Shown: piece after piece, positions 29,633 to 43,205 of the stretch
Layout: the number at the start of each line of letters is the position of its first letter
How positions within the stretch are numbered: position 1 is the first letter of the stretch
DNA from: an uncultured delta proteobacterium
GTDB taxonomy: Bacteria; Desulfobacterota; Desulfobacteria; Desulfobacterales; QNYZ01
Assembly: GCA_963845145.1 (NCBI GenBank)
Contig: CAWJQU010000003.1
Span: 224,001 to 288,000 of the forward strand
Direction of reading: 5' to 3'
Length of the DNA: 64,000 bases
Notes under the pieces: model-generated
What the model was told of the DNA's origin: nothing
Seen by the model: the letters and a program-made list of their open reading frames with translations, nothing else
Database searches by the model: none
Program-made: the position numbers and the translations under genes

Positions 29633-31798
29633 CTAGACAGGTAAAGTGAAACAAAAGCGCGTGCCAAAGCCTTCACCCTCACTTTCAACCCAAATCTTTC
29701 CGCCATGGAGTTCGACAAAACGTTTAGATAACGATAACCCAAGACCGGTACCCTGGTAGCGACGACTCGCGGAGTTCTCCACCTGTTCAAAGGGCTGGAA
29801 AATCATCTCTAAATTTTCTTTTTTCAAACCGATGCCACTGTCGATAATAGAAATTTGAATAAACGCCTTTGGAAGCGCCGTCTTGTTTCGAGCCGGCATG
29901 TCGCCATCTGAAATGCACTTGGCATCCAGATCAATGCGACCCCCATTCGGCGTAAATTTGACGGCATTGGACAATAAGTTGTAAAGAATTTGCTTTAGCA
30001 TGCGTTCATCCACAGTCACGGACTCTGGAATGTTGTCTAATTTACAGGAGGTTTGGATGCCTCCTTTCATTGCTTTTTCTTTTATCATCACGAGGCTGTT
30101 GGATAATATTTCGCCAATATTCACCTTTGTCGGCTTATAATCGAATTTTCCAGCCTCAACTTTGGAAAGATCCAAGATGTCATTAATCAATGAAAGAAGA
30201 TGTTCGGCACTACCGTGAACATCAGCTAAGTATTCCTCTTGGATATCGTTTAATTTTCCGAAATGCTTGTCCAGAATTAACTCGGTGAAGCCGATGATAT
30301 GATTCATTGGCGTTCGCAATTCGTGGCTCATGTTGGCCAAAAATTCACTTTTTGAGCGGCTGGCGATTTCGGCTGTTCTTTTGGCCTCCCACATTGTCTG
30401 TTGTGCCTGTTTACGCTCTTCGATTTCTCGCTGCATTGATTTATTGGTTTTGAGTATTTCCGCGGTCCGTTCCAGGACTCTCTTTTCTAGCTCAATATTG
30501 CTTTTTTTCAGAACACTTTTTGTTTCCAATAGTTTTTTGCGTTGGGTTTCGATAATCTCAAATGCATCTGAAAAATATCGGGATAGTAAATATGCCTGGG
30601 AAAAAATAAAAATAAAAAGACCAAACTGAACCATATATTCGGCCTGAATAATATTCTGAGCATAGAGCATGTCGTTGACGGACAATATGAAGAGAATGCT
30701 AAAACCGGCCAGAAAAATAATCGCCTTAATTTCTTTATTGAGCGAGGCGATCACCAGAATGGCCGTCGCGTATACAAACATGGCAAGGGTGAACATCTGG
30801 TAAAAAACCAGCGTATGGGAAAAAACCTTTACCGGAAACAGGACAACCACCGCCACAAACAGGAGCGCGATTCCCGTAGCTGCGATGTAGATGTTTTTTG
30901 AAAACCTGTCGGAAAAAAGAGAATAAAAATAGTGGATAAAGGTAGGTACAGCGAAATAAAAGGTCAAATATTCGATCTTGATGATCATCTCATAGTTGAT
31001 CCCAGGAAAAAGCAGAAGGATATATCTTTCGCCGGTCACCACTATTCTCAGTGCGATAATCAGGCAAAAGAGTCCGAAAAAAAGGGCCGACCGCTCATTT
31101 CTCCGCAGGGAATAAATCCCTAAATGATACAATCCGATAATGAAAATACTACCAAAAAGAAAAAGATTAAACGCAATATTAATTTCACGACGTTTTTGTA
31201 ACTGATCCCTTGTCCCCAGGGTAATTGTTTCCCAGGCACCCCCCACTTTATGGGAAAAGTTAGAAACCTGAATGATAATATCCAATTTATCATCATCGGT
31301 CGTAAAATCGACTATTTCGGGTTGATACCCAGGCTTGGCTGAATCCGCCGTTTGACCGACGATACCGGCGGAAGATACTTTAAGGCCATTGATGAACAGG
31401 CTATACGACGTGCTCATTTCCAATGCTTTTACAGCCAGTTCGGTACTGTTTGCCTTATTTATATGAACGGTAAGACGATAGGTGGCGCACCCTGCTCCCC
31501 CAAGGGCTTGCCCCTGATGTACAAAACCGTTCCAAGGATTAGGTATGGCAATGTAATCGGCTTGCATGGAAGAGGCGTTTAAACTGAGATCCCGGGGGCT
31601 TAGGAGCTGTTTCCAGTAAAACTCATATTCACCGGATAGTTTTAAAGGACCATCCCGCTTAAAATCCCATTGGTTAAGATCCAGTACGCCCTTTACAGCC
31701 GTCGGGGCAACAGCCGATTCGGTTGATTTTTCGCAAGCGCTTGTAAACAAGAGCAAAATTCCGAGACAGATGGACAGTAGGCTGAATCTCATAATCAA
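29633..31798 (-). CDS. 7TM-DISM sensor histidine kinase
   Basis: Extracellular GVLDL..W..LSGEYEFYW domain, 7 TM helices, FLANMSHELRTP, HATPase GTGLGL. Confidence 0.92.
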   Translation of the reverse strand: MIMRFSLLSICLGILLLFTSACEKSTESAVAPTAVKGVLDLNQWDFKRDGPLKLSGEYEFYWKQLLSPRDLSLNASSMQADYIAIPNPWNGFVHQGQALGGAGCATYRLTVHINKANSTELAVKALEMSTSYSLFINGLKVSSAGIVGQTADSAKPGYQPEIVDFTTDDDKLDIIIQVSNFSHKVGGAWETITLGTRDQLQKRREINIAFNLFLFGSIFIIGLYHLGIYSLRRNERSALFFGLFCLIIALRIVVTGERYILLLFPGINYEMIIKIEYLTFYFAVPTFIHYFYSLFSDRFSKNIYIAATGIALLFVAVVVLFPVKVFSHTLVFYQMFTLAMFVYATAILVIASLNKEIKAIIFLAGFSILFILSVNDMLYAQNIIQAEYMVQFGLFIFIFSQAYLLSRYFSDAFEIIETQRKKLLETKSVLKKSNIELEKRVLERTAEILKTNKSMQREIEERKQAQQTMWEAKRTAEIASRSKSEFLANMSHELRTPMNHIIGFTELILDKHFGKLNDIQEEYLADVHGSAEHLLSLINDILDLSKVEAGKFDYKPTKVNIGEILSNSLVMIKEKAMKGGIQTSCKLDNIPESVTVDERMLKQILYNLLSNAVKFTPNGGRIDLDAKCISDGDMPARNKTALPKAFIQISIIDSGIGLKKENLEMIFQPFEQVENSASRRYQGTGLGLSLSKRFVELHGGKIWVESEGEGFGTRFCFTLPV

Positions 31799-32054
31799 AT
31801 ATTATCGTTTCAAAACAATTCAAAATTCTGCAGATGTTGAACCAGAAAAATCAGCAATCCGGTGCAAATCAAAGATACCACGCCGCCGTTTATTAAATAA
31901 TCATAGGGCCTCAATTATCCCGTTTGGATAAACGATTATTATAAATATCGGTAATCAGGAGAAAAACTTAATCGTTTTTCGTGCACAACGCGTGAGGACA
32001 GAATATTACAAATATATGGTTTGGTCAAATTTGATGGTATTCGTTCAAGTTATC

Positions 32055-32477
32055 TTAAACGGTTAAATTATAAAAGGACATGCTGTTGACCGGTATCAGG
32101 TGATGGTTCACTCCCAGGCGGTACCGTTGGGCATCCCCATAAGAAAATAGCCGGCCCTGTAGCATTTTGTCGGGAGAAAAACCGATCCCTGGAACAATAT
32201 TGGCCGGATTGAACGCCGCTTGTTCAACTTCGGCGAAATAGTTTTCGGAATTCCGGTTTAGTTCGAGTACTCCTACATCGATGAGCGTTTTATAAACGGT
32301 TGCCAGGCTAGTGGTTGAAAAATCTCTCTTTACTTTCCCATAAATTTTTTCCACACTGGGATGTCCCTCGCTGCCTGCCAGGATTTTCAAAACAGCCAGC
32401 CGCTGGGGTGTGATTCGATAGCTTTTCTCACGCAGTTTTGAGACCATCTGCGCTAATCGTATTTTCGAATCCGCCAT
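32055..32477 (-). pseudogene. In-frame chimera of a Fur/PerR N-terminal half and an internal catalase fragment
   Basis: [27 protein letters not shown] joined to [40 protein letters not shown]. Confidence 0.88.
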
Positions 32478-32612
32478 ATTATAGACGTCCAGCAAGGGTT
32501 ATTAAGTAAAGGCTTTTAAACAAGGTTCGTTTATTAACAGATAACAAATATCAATAATAACAATAGTAAGACACCCTGTTAACCTTTTCTTTCAATACTC
32601 AATGTAGCCGCC

Positions 32613-33590
32613 ATGAAATATGTTGAAGCAAGCGTATTGATCAACGCCCAAAATAGGGATCTTGCCGAGGAGTTGGTCGTTTCCATCTTCGACGACCTCG
32701 GATTAAGCGGGGTCGTCGTCGAAGACCCATACACTGTATACGAAGCATTACCGCCTGATGTTATCGTAGATCCGGATATGCTGCCGCATATGGATTTGAA
32801 ACCGAGGCCGCATGCCGTTATCGGGTATTTCCCGTTGGATTCAACCGAAATTAAAAAATGCCGCGCCCTCGAATCCGCATTGGTTCAATTAAAAAGGTCC
32901 CAGAATATTACAACGACGGTTACTTATCGAGAAATCGACGAAGAGGACTGGGCGGAATCGTGGAAGGTATTTTTTCGACCGGAAAAAATCGGCGATCACG
33001 TGGTCGTAAAGCCTACCTGGTACGATTACGACGCCAAACCGGAAGAAATTATCGTCGAACTCGATCCAGGCATGGCCTTTGGTACGGGAACCCATCCGAC
33101 CACAGCCATGTCGATCCGAATGCTGGAAACGAAGTTACAACCAGGCCAGCGTATTTTAGATATCGGGACCGGATCGGGAATTCTTCTCATCTCCGCGGCC
33201 AAACTGGGCGCCTGTTGCGGTATCGGTATCGACAATGACACAGTCGCCACGGTTGCCGCATCCGCCAATTTGGCTTTAAACCACATCGACCCCAAACAGT
33301 TTTCCGTAATAAAGGGGAACCTTGTCGAATCCGTAACAACTTGTTTTGATTTGATAACTGCGAATATTCTAGCCGAGGTCATTCTTGAATTGATCGCCAA
33401 CATAAGCCACGTCCTCAAACCTGAAGGACTGTTTATTTGCTCGGGCATCATTGAACCCAAAGCCGATCAGGTGATCGAACACCTCGGATCCAACGGGTTT
33501 CAGGTGATTGAGAAAGCGTTGCAGGATGACTGGGTTTGCATCGCTGCCCGATCTACAATAAGACATCCCGCGACAAATAGTGACGTATGA
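32613..33590 (+). CDS. prmA: Ribosomal protein L11 methyltransferase
   Basis: EEDWAESWK, LDPGMAFGTGTHPTT, LDIGTGSGIL, ANILA. Confidence 0.97.
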   Translation: MKYVEASVLINAQNRDLAEELVVSIFDDLGLSGVVVEDPYTVYEALPPDVIVDPDMLPHMDLKPRPHAVIGYFPLDSTEIKKCRALESALVQLKRSQNITTTVTYREIDEEDWAESWKVFFRPEKIGDHVVVKPTWYDYDAKPEEIIVELDPGMAFGTGTHPTTAMSIRMLETKLQPGQRILDIGTGSGILLISAAKLGACCGIGIDNDTVATVAASANLALNHIDPKQFSVIKGNLVESVTTCFDLITANILAEVILELIANISHVLKPEGLFICSGIIEPKADQVIEHLGSNGFQVIEKALQDDWVCIAARSTIRHPATNSDV

Positions 33591-35932
33591 CGGCTGAACA
33601 CCGCATCAGCGTGCGGGATCTGGTTTCCCACGTCCTTGCCACCGGTGACCTGGAGTACGGATTCACCGGATCTGGTCGGTTGCTCAGGGCCCTTCGCGCT
33701 CACCAAAAAATCCAGCAGCAGCGTCCGACTCTCTATCAGCCCGAAGTGAGCGTCTCACATACAATCGATTCGTCGGATATTAAACTGATCGTCGGAGGGC
33801 GCATTGACGGCCTCTGGCCACTGGATGATGGCCGTATTCGGGTTGAAGAAATCAAAACCACCTCCCGATCAATATCAACTGTTTCAAGCATGGAAAATCC
33901 ACTCCACTGGGGCCAACTGAAATGCTATGCTTATATGATCGCCCACGACAACAACCTGTCAACCATTGAGGGTCAACTGACCTATTACCACCTGGAGACG
34001 GGCCGAACGGTTGAAACCCTTAAAATCTTTGATTTAGAGGCTCTCACTGTCTTTTTTGACGATCTGGTTTCAAGCTACTTAGGCTGGGTTAAAACCGTAA
34101 CCGAATGGCAACGTCATCGCAATACCTCGATCCTGCAAACCGCGTTTCCCTTTCCCCAATATCGGCCGGGCCAGCGTCAAATGGCGATCACCGCCTTTCG
34201 GACTATTCGAGACAAAGGTCGTTTGATGGCTCAAGCCGCTACCGGTATTGGAAAGACCATGGCGGTATTATTTCCAGCCATCAAAGCCTTGCGCGAGGAT
34301 CTGACGGATACCATCTTCTATTTGACGGCACGCACAACGGGCCGAATGGCCGCTGAACAAACGTTGAATCAATGTCGGGGAAAAGGGCTGGTGATAAAAT
34401 CCCTGGTTATCACCGCCAAAGAAAAAATATGCTTTGAACCTGACGCCGCTTGCAACCCTGAAGCATGTTCCTTTGCCAAAGGCTTCTACGACCGTTGCCG
34501 GTCAGGCATTGAAGAGGCCTTTGAGCGGGATGCACTCACGCGTGAGCGCCTTGAGGACATTGCCCGGCGTCATATGATCTGTCCATTTGCGCTCTCGTTG
34601 ATGCTGGCCGGATTTGTAGATGTGGTGATTTGTGACTACAATTATGTATTTGATCCCCGGGTTTCGTTAAAAACATTGCTGGATGAACGCAAAAGCCGCC
34701 ACACGTTTCTAGTGGATGAGGCCCACAATCTTGTTGACCGTTCCAGGGAAATGTTTTCGGCCTCGTTGACGAAGCAACCTTTTTTAACCGTCCGCCGAAT
34801 GCTTAAAAACGATTTACCCGAACTTCATCGATTGATGGGTCGTATTAACCGTTGGTTTTTAAACATCCGCAAAGCAGGCAATCCGGACGCAACCCCCCGA
34901 ACCGACCGCTGTGCACCGGACGGCCTCATGCCCCTTCTCTGGCGCTTCATTCACAGGGCCGACCAATGGCTTGCAAAAAATAAAAAGGCCGCTTACAGCG
35001 ACGCCCTGCTGGAACTTTACTTTAGCACGACCAATTTCCTGCGCGTATGCGAAGCCTATGATGACCGCTATGTGACCTGTTATGAACCCGAAGACAATGA
35101 TTTTAGGGTGACACTTTTTTGCGTCGACCCGTCACCCCAGGTGGCGGAACGATTAAAAAAATCCCGGGCGACAATCTTTTTTTCAGCCACGCTGACACCC
35201 ATGAATTTTTTTATCGATATTTTGGGTAGCGGGGCGAAGACCCAGCGGTTAATCATTCCCTCTCCGTTTCCGCCGCAAAACAGATGTGTCATTGTCTGCC
35301 CCCATATTTCGACGCGTTACCGATTACGGGAAAAAACGCGACCCGCTGTACTGTCCGCCATTCAAACGACCCTTGAAACCCGACCGGGTAACTATCTCTT
35401 CTTCTTTCCCTCTCACCAGTACTTACAAGCTGTCCATACCGATTTTGAAGAAACCGGGTTCGATGCCGACGTAAAAATGCAGACCTCCCACATGGCAGAA
35501 CACGAGCGGGAACGCTTTATTGCCCATTTCACTGAAGAAAACACAAGGTCAAGAATCGCCTTCGCCGTCATGGGTGGTATTTTCGGCGAAGGCATTGACC
35601 TTACGGGTGACCGATTAAATGGTGTGGCCATTATCGGCGTCGGTCTCCCGGCCATTTCATGGCAAAATGAACTGATTCGAGACTATTTCCAACAAAAGAC
35701 CGGGGAAGGTTACGAATATGCTTACGTCTACCCGGGGATCAACCGTGTGCTTCAGGCCGCCGGGCGCGTCATCCGCTCCGAGAAGGATGTGGGGGTCATT
35801 TTATTGATTGATGATCGCTTCAATACCGCCCTTTATCGAAAATTGCTGCCATCGGATTGGCAACTTGCAAAGGCCTTGAATTCAAAGGATATACAAAAAC
35901 ACCTCTTGAATTTCCGGTTAGCAACCCAATAA
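33587..35932 (+). CDS. DinG/XPD-family FeS helicase with an N-terminal PD-(D/E)XK nuclease domain
   Basis: GRIDG..EEIKT..QLKCYA; ATGIGKT, FeS cysteines, DEAHN, SATL, QAAGRVIR. Confidence 0.92.
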   Translation: MTAEHRISVRDLVSHVLATGDLEYGFTGSGRLLRALRAHQKIQQQRPTLYQPEVSVSHTIDSSDIKLIVGGRIDGLWPLDDGRIRVEEIKTTSRSISTVSSMENPLHWGQLKCYAYMIAHDNNLSTIEGQLTYYHLETGRTVETLKIFDLEALTVFFDDLVSSYLGWVKTVTEWQRHRNTSILQTAFPFPQYRPGQRQMAITAFRTIRDKGRLMAQAATGIGKTMAVLFPAIKALREDLTDTIFYLTARTTGRMAAEQTLNQCRGKGLVIKSLVITAKEKICFEPDAACNPEACSFAKGFYDRCRSGIEEAFERDALTRERLEDIARRHMICPFALSLMLAGFVDVVICDYNYVFDPRVSLKTLLDERKSRHTFLVDEAHNLVDRSREMFSASLTKQPFLTVRRMLKNDLPELHRLMGRINRWFLNIRKAGNPDATPRTDRCAPDGLMPLLWRFIHRADQWLAKNKKAAYSDALLELYFSTTNFLRVCEAYDDRYVTCYEPEDNDFRVTLFCVDPSPQVAERLKKSRATIFFSATLTPMNFFIDILGSGAKTQRLIIPSPFPPQNRCVIVCPHISTRYRLREKTRPAVLSAIQTTLETRPGNYLFFFPSHQYLQAVHTDFEETGFDADVKMQTSHMAEHERERFIAHFTEENTRSRIAFAVMGGIFGEGIDLTGDRLNGVAIIGVGLPAISWQNELIRDYFQQKTGEGYEYAYVYPGINRVLQAAGRVIRSEKDVGVILLIDDRFNTALYRKLLPSDWQLAKALNSKDIQKHLLNFRLATQ

Positions 35933-36066
35933 AATGGCCTGCCGAATCAGTTTATGCCAAATGGCACTTGACGAAAGGGCAAACTATTGATATGGACATC
36001 TCCGAAAACATTGTAAATCAAAGGATTTAAGAGGATTGAAGAGCCTGTTACCCGAAAGGGGGTCCA

Positions 36067-36438
36067 ATGAACAATGAAGTCATTAAATTAAAAAAGTTTG
36101 CCGAGCACCGAATTGAAAAAAGAAAATTGATTGATAAATACTACAGCGTTCAATTTTCTCTGAAGCAGAAAGTCCCCATTTACCAGTTCAAACTCAAGGA
36201 CATCTCTCCCGACGGCTTATGTTTTATCGTCAAAGAGAAGTCGAAATTACTTAATAAAATAAAAACAAATGACATTCTCGATATGACTTTTTGTGCCGCT
36301 GATGCACCCAAGGACACAACCTGTTTCAAAGCCAAAATCGCTCATATTACGCCGGATATAAAAGGAAAATACAAGAACCACTTCCTCGTCGGCTTTTCAA
36401 TCATTGATGATCAATCCGGCTCGATCAGGCTTGTATAA
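36067..36438 (+). CDS. PilZ-like domain protein
   Basis: EHRIEKR and DISPDG motifs. Confidence 0.7.
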   Translation: MNNEVIKLKKFAEHRIEKRKLIDKYYSVQFSLKQKVPIYQFKLKDISPDGLCFIVKEKSKLLNKIKTNDILDMTFCAADAPKDTTCFKAKIAHITPDIKGKYKNHFLVGFSIIDDQSGSIRLV

Positions 36439-36530
36439 ATTTTGGCTCCCGGAAAGCGACTTTCATCATCATCCACCCAAGATACAAACGCCTCATTTCT
36501 AAAGGGGTCAAATCCATTAAGGCGCAATCA

Positions 36531-37814
36531 ATGGGTGTGTTGACCATTACCCTTCGAAGACCCATCGCCTTTATTTTCTTTTTTTTACTCATATTGACCT
36601 GGGTTGACACAATCCCTGCCGCCACAAGAACCCAACGATCTCAGTTTCAACGCTCGATTATCGATTATCGGAATCGAATTCATCCTCAATTTAAAAAGAT
36701 CACCCGCAAAAAAACAAAATACGTCGTTATCCACACCGCTGAAGCCGGATTAAAAAGTACGCTTAATGTGGTGTCGAAGGGGAAACTCGTTCGCCGCAAG
36801 CGGATCAGCTACGGTGGTCACAGCCACTACGTGATCGCCCGTAACGGGCGTACTTACCGCACCCTCGACAAACGCTACCGCGCAGACCATGCCGGTCGAA
36901 GCATGTGGAAAGGAGAAACCGATATCAGTGATGTTTCCATCGGGATCGAACTGGTGGGGTATCATTATACGGAAATTACCGATCAACAATATAAGGCGGT
37001 GGGGTTATTGCTCGCCATTCTTAAGCGCGTGTATCAATTGGATGATCACGCAATACTTACCCATAGCCAGGTGGCTTACGGCCGGCCCAACCGCTGGTTC
37101 AAGAAATCGCATCGGGGAAGAAAGCGCTGCGCCAAAAATTTTATTCGCCACAGAGCTAATATAGGTCCTGGCCCCTCGTTCGATCCAGATGTCCGGGCGG
37201 GCCGACTCAGCCCGGATCCCAAGCTCGCTGCCATTTTGTATGCCAAACGAGTGGCCAGCAAAGAGCGGGTCGGGACCAATGTGATTACCGGCGCCAATGT
37301 TGCCTGGACGATTGCCGGTGAAGACTATGACTCCCCCAACACTTTATACAAACTGCCCAACGGTAAAATTATACCCGGTGACAAAATTGAAAAACGAATC
37401 GGATGGAAACATATCCCCAAAAAGACCGTGGTGATGCTTAATCAGGCCGAAGCCCCACGGAAAACCGGTCCAATCAAGATTATTTCCAATGGTCTGACAG
37501 CCTGGAACCTTGCTGGAAGCGCCTATAACCGATCCACCACGTTTTATTTTTTTCCAAATGGCAATGTCAGGAACGGAAGCCAAATATCGGATTGGGATGA
37601 ACTCCCGCCGCGAACAAAAATGATCATCGGATATCGAAACAACGGTCACATATCCCAGGCCAAACCACCCTCAAAAATCGCCGGCTCACGCTACAAAGAC
37701 CACAACACTGTTTACTATTTCCCCGATGCATCTCTTGTCACCGGTAATATTATAAAAAGCTTTAAAAAGTTTCCATCCGGGGTTCAGGTCTATCTACCGA
37801 TAAAAAAATCTTAG
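36531..37814 (+). CDS. Secreted N-acetylmuramoyl-L-alanine amidase (Amidase_2) with C-terminal repeats
   Basis: Signal peptide; VVIHTAE, SHYVI, HAGRS, SIGIELVG, LTHSQV. Confidence 0.85.
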   Translation: MGVLTITLRRPIAFIFFFLLILTWVDTIPAATRTQRSQFQRSIIDYRNRIHPQFKKITRKKTKYVVIHTAEAGLKSTLNVVSKGKLVRRKRISYGGHSHYVIARNGRTYRTLDKRYRADHAGRSMWKGETDISDVSIGIELVGYHYTEITDQQYKAVGLLLAILKRVYQLDDHAILTHSQVAYGRPNRWFKKSHRGRKRCAKNFIRHRANIGPGPSFDPDVRAGRLSPDPKLAAILYAKRVASKERVGTNVITGANVAWTIAGEDYDSPNTLYKLPNGKIIPGDKIEKRIGWKHIPKKTVVMLNQAEAPRKTGPIKIISNGLTAWNLAGSAYNRSTTFYFFPNGNVRNGSQISDWDELPPRTKMIIGYRNNGHISQAKPPSKIAGSRYKDHNTVYYFPDASLVTGNIIKSFKKFPSGVQVYLPIKKS

Positions 37815-37859
37815 AAAACTTTATCACCCAGCGTCAGCCAGCCGCCTATAAGCTCAGCC

Positions 37860-40556
<2,697 letters not shown>

Positions 40557-40639
40557 GTTCTCGATTCAAAATTCAGTGGTTATTACGGTTTGTCAGTCGG
40601 ATAGAATTTTTTTCGGATCGAAGAGGCGTGTCAACCAAC

Positions 40640-41656
40640 CTATGGTATCAGCACACTTCGAGCCGCACCGAGTAAAGCGGCCTGGTCGTTTAAAATGACC
40701 TTTACCGGAATAGTAGCTACCATCTCGGTAAAACGGCCCTTGTTTTGAAATGCAGTCATAAAATCGCCGGTACGGATTGCCGGAAGGATTTTAGGTGGGA
40801 TCCCGCCGCCTAAATAGATGCCGCCCCGTGCCATCGTGGATAGCGCCCAATCGCCGACGATCGCACCAAATATGTCCACAAATGTCCTCATTGCATGGCG
40901 GCAGATGGGTTCTTTTTGCGACAATGCTCTATCGGTAATAATCGGAGCCGCGCTTTTCTCGTCTTTGGCAAGGGCCTTTTCAACCGCCGGTGCCGGTCGC
41001 ATGGCCTCTTTATCGCGTAGCCAAAGGTAGATGTTCAATAAGCCGGTACCGCTCAAAACCCGTTCCTGACTTACCCGGCCAAAACGGTGATGCAAATACT
41101 GCCACAAACGCATCTGGTCCTTGTTGGCGGGGGCAAAACCGGAATGGCCCCCTTCCGATGCCACCGGAACGACTTGTTTGCCTTCAACAGCCACCAGCGC
41201 CTTACCCAATCCTGTTCCCGGCGCAACGATGGCCATATGCCCCTTTCGATCTGCCTTGGCCCGATTCAAAGGTAAAAAAGCAGTAGACCGTAAAACAGGG
41301 ATAGCCAGGGCTGTGGCCACCAGATCATTTAAAAGCATAACCTTTGACCATCCGAATCTTTTTTTAAGATTGTTGATCGAAACAGCCCATGGCAGGTTTG
41401 TCGTCCTGGCGCGGCCCTTAACAACAGGACCGGCCAGACCGATCCCGGCCGATTTTATTAAAGGAGCGACATTGTGTCGATCCAAAAATTTTTCGATGTG
41501 GGTCTCCAGGTCCGGCGCAGACCGGCTGGAATAGGTCTCAGGCGGGAAGACCGCGACCGGTTTGGTTTTACCCTGCCTAAAAACACCCAAATTCACCTTG
41601 GTGCCGCCGACATCACCGGCAAGAATGAGGTCCGTCTTCGTGTGGGCCTTTGGCAT
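40640..41656 (-). CDS. glk: Glucokinase
   Basis: AGDVGGT, LLND, PGTGLG, SEGGH, GIYLGGGI, FQNKGRF. Confidence 0.95.
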   Translation of the reverse strand: MPKAHTKTDLILAGDVGGTKVNLGVFRQGKTKPVAVFPPETYSSRSAPDLETHIEKFLDRHNVAPLIKSAGIGLAGPVVKGRARTTNLPWAVSINNLKKRFGWSKVMLLNDLVATALAIPVLRSTAFLPLNRAKADRKGHMAIVAPGTGLGKALVAVEGKQVVPVASEGGHSGFAPANKDQMRLWQYLHHRFGRVSQERVLSGTGLLNIYLWLRDKEAMRPAPAVEKALAKDEKSAAPIITDRALSQKEPICRHAMRTFVDIFGAIVGDWALSTMARGGIYLGGGIPPKILPAIRTGDFMTAFQNKGRFTEMVATIPVKVILNDQAALLGAARSVLIP

Positions 41657-41874
41657 TAATAATACCCCTAATTGTCAGTCATTTAAGTCTAAGTGCGCTG
41701 AAATTGGTTGTCAAGAAATGTGATTTTTATCGCCACCCCATAAGTCCGTGGAAAATAACGGGCAATGTATTCCGTATCCTACAGGGCTGTGATATCGTTA
41801 CTTATGATTATTGATGACCATCGGCCTCCCCCTTTTTGTTTACGAGACAATTGGATCGCGACGATAACCGATTT

Positions 41875-43080
41875 ATGGAAACCATCGATCTGATACAATG
41901 CCGGCGGCTGGCGCTGGCCCGGGCCTGTTTGCTAAAACCCGAGTGGACCCAAATACCGCGACGGGCCACTGGACAAACCCGGAGAGCACGTCGGGCAGCG
42001 CACCAGGTGATTGGGCGCTTTGGGTATCTGCAGCTCGACACAGTAGCCGTGGCCGGTGCCCGCAGCCATACTATTGTCTTGCTCTCCCGCTTAGACGGTT
42101 TTGACCCGGCATTGGCGGAAATGTTACTCCAACCAGGAGAACCCCTGTTTGAATACTGGGGCCACGAGGCCTGCTGGATCCCCATTGATCTTTACCCTGT
42201 GTTTGCCTTCCGTCGCAAAGCGTATCAACATCATCCCTGGTGGGGCGATCTTATCGGACAGCACCCCCGTATCGCCGATAATCTGACCCGCCGCATTCAA
42301 GCGGAAGGCCCATTACGCTCCCTGGAGATGGAAGGCCGGGGAAGCCGGGGGTGGTGGGACCTTAAAATTGCCAAGCGGGTCGCCACGGCCCTCTGGTCGG
42401 CCGGGATCCTTGCAATTCGCGAAAGACGAAATTTTCAGCGGGTGTACGACCTTACCGAACGTGTAATACCGGAAAAGTGGCGCTGCCAGGACCTTGCCAA
42501 GGAAAAGGCCTTGGAGCAGTTGCTGTTAAAAGCGTTTGATGGCCACGGATGGGCAACAAACGGCACCCTTTCACAGACCTGGCGCCTACGTAATGCCCGG
42601 GATGATGTTCGCGCGGCTCTAACCCGACTGAAGGATAAAGGCATGATCGTTTCATGTACCCTGGTATGTGATGACAACCGGCGCATTCCGGGGTGGGTAC
42701 GCTTACAGGACCTAGCGTTGGCAGATCGCCTCAAACGGGTACGCCCGTCGAAAGACCGAGGCGTTTTATTGTCGCCTTTCGACCCGCTACTTTGGGACCG
42801 TAAACGGGTCAAGCTGCTGTTTGGCTTCAATCAGGTATTGGAAATTTTCAAGCCGGCCCCTAAACGGGTTTACGGGTACTACTGCCTCCCGGTACTGGCC
42901 GGGGACAAACTCGTGGCACGGGTTGATCTTAAGGCCGATCGTAAAAGCCGCAAACTGCATATCCTGTCGTACCAATATGAAGCGGAAACGGATGGGCGCC
43001 ATGCACCTGCCGCCGACCGGGAAGCGTTGCGCTACGCCATAACGCGCTACGCTGAAGCCCTGAATTTGAGACCGATCTGA
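41875..43080 (+). CDS. YcaQ/AlkZ-family (HTH_42) crosslink-repair DNA glycosylase
   Basis: LQLDT, FEYWGHEAC, LLSPFDPLLWDR, RVYGYYCLP; start may be 41836. Confidence 0.9.
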   Translation: METIDLIQCRRLALARACLLKPEWTQIPRRATGQTRRARRAAHQVIGRFGYLQLDTVAVAGARSHTIVLLSRLDGFDPALAEMLLQPGEPLFEYWGHEACWIPIDLYPVFAFRRKAYQHHPWWGDLIGQHPRIADNLTRRIQAEGPLRSLEMEGRGSRGWWDLKIAKRVATALWSAGILAIRERRNFQRVYDLTERVIPEKWRCQDLAKEKALEQLLLKAFDGHGWATNGTLSQTWRLRNARDDVRAALTRLKDKGMIVSCTLVCDDNRRIPGWVRLQDLALADRLKRVRPSKDRGVLLSPFDPLLWDRKRVKLLFGFNQVLEIFKPAPKRVYGYYCLPVLAGDKLVARVDLKADRKSRKLHILSYQYEAETDGRHAPAADREALRYAITRYAEALNLRPI

Positions 43081-43205
43081 ATTTGAGATCGGCCTGAATT
43101 TGAGGCCAGCAGGGCTATCTGTATAGAGGAGATGGTAAAAAACGGTTATTTTAAACATCCCATTATGCAGATGGGCATGACCTGAAAAAAGAAAGCCTTC
43201 CGTCT

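Noticed and set aside
33587..34100. cas4 / type IV CRISPR DinG
   Set aside because: No other cas genes or array; housekeeping context.
35965..36066. c-di-GMP riboswitch upstream of the PilZ-like gene
   Set aside because: GGCAAAC is present but the GAAA-tetraloop P2 stem and the GCAAAG/P3 elements are not.
43132..43205. Second Sec codon upstream of the ArgA-like gene (ATG ACC TGA)
   Set aside because: The TGA is out of frame with the downstream ORF and has no Cys-type context; a further indel is possible but unsupported.
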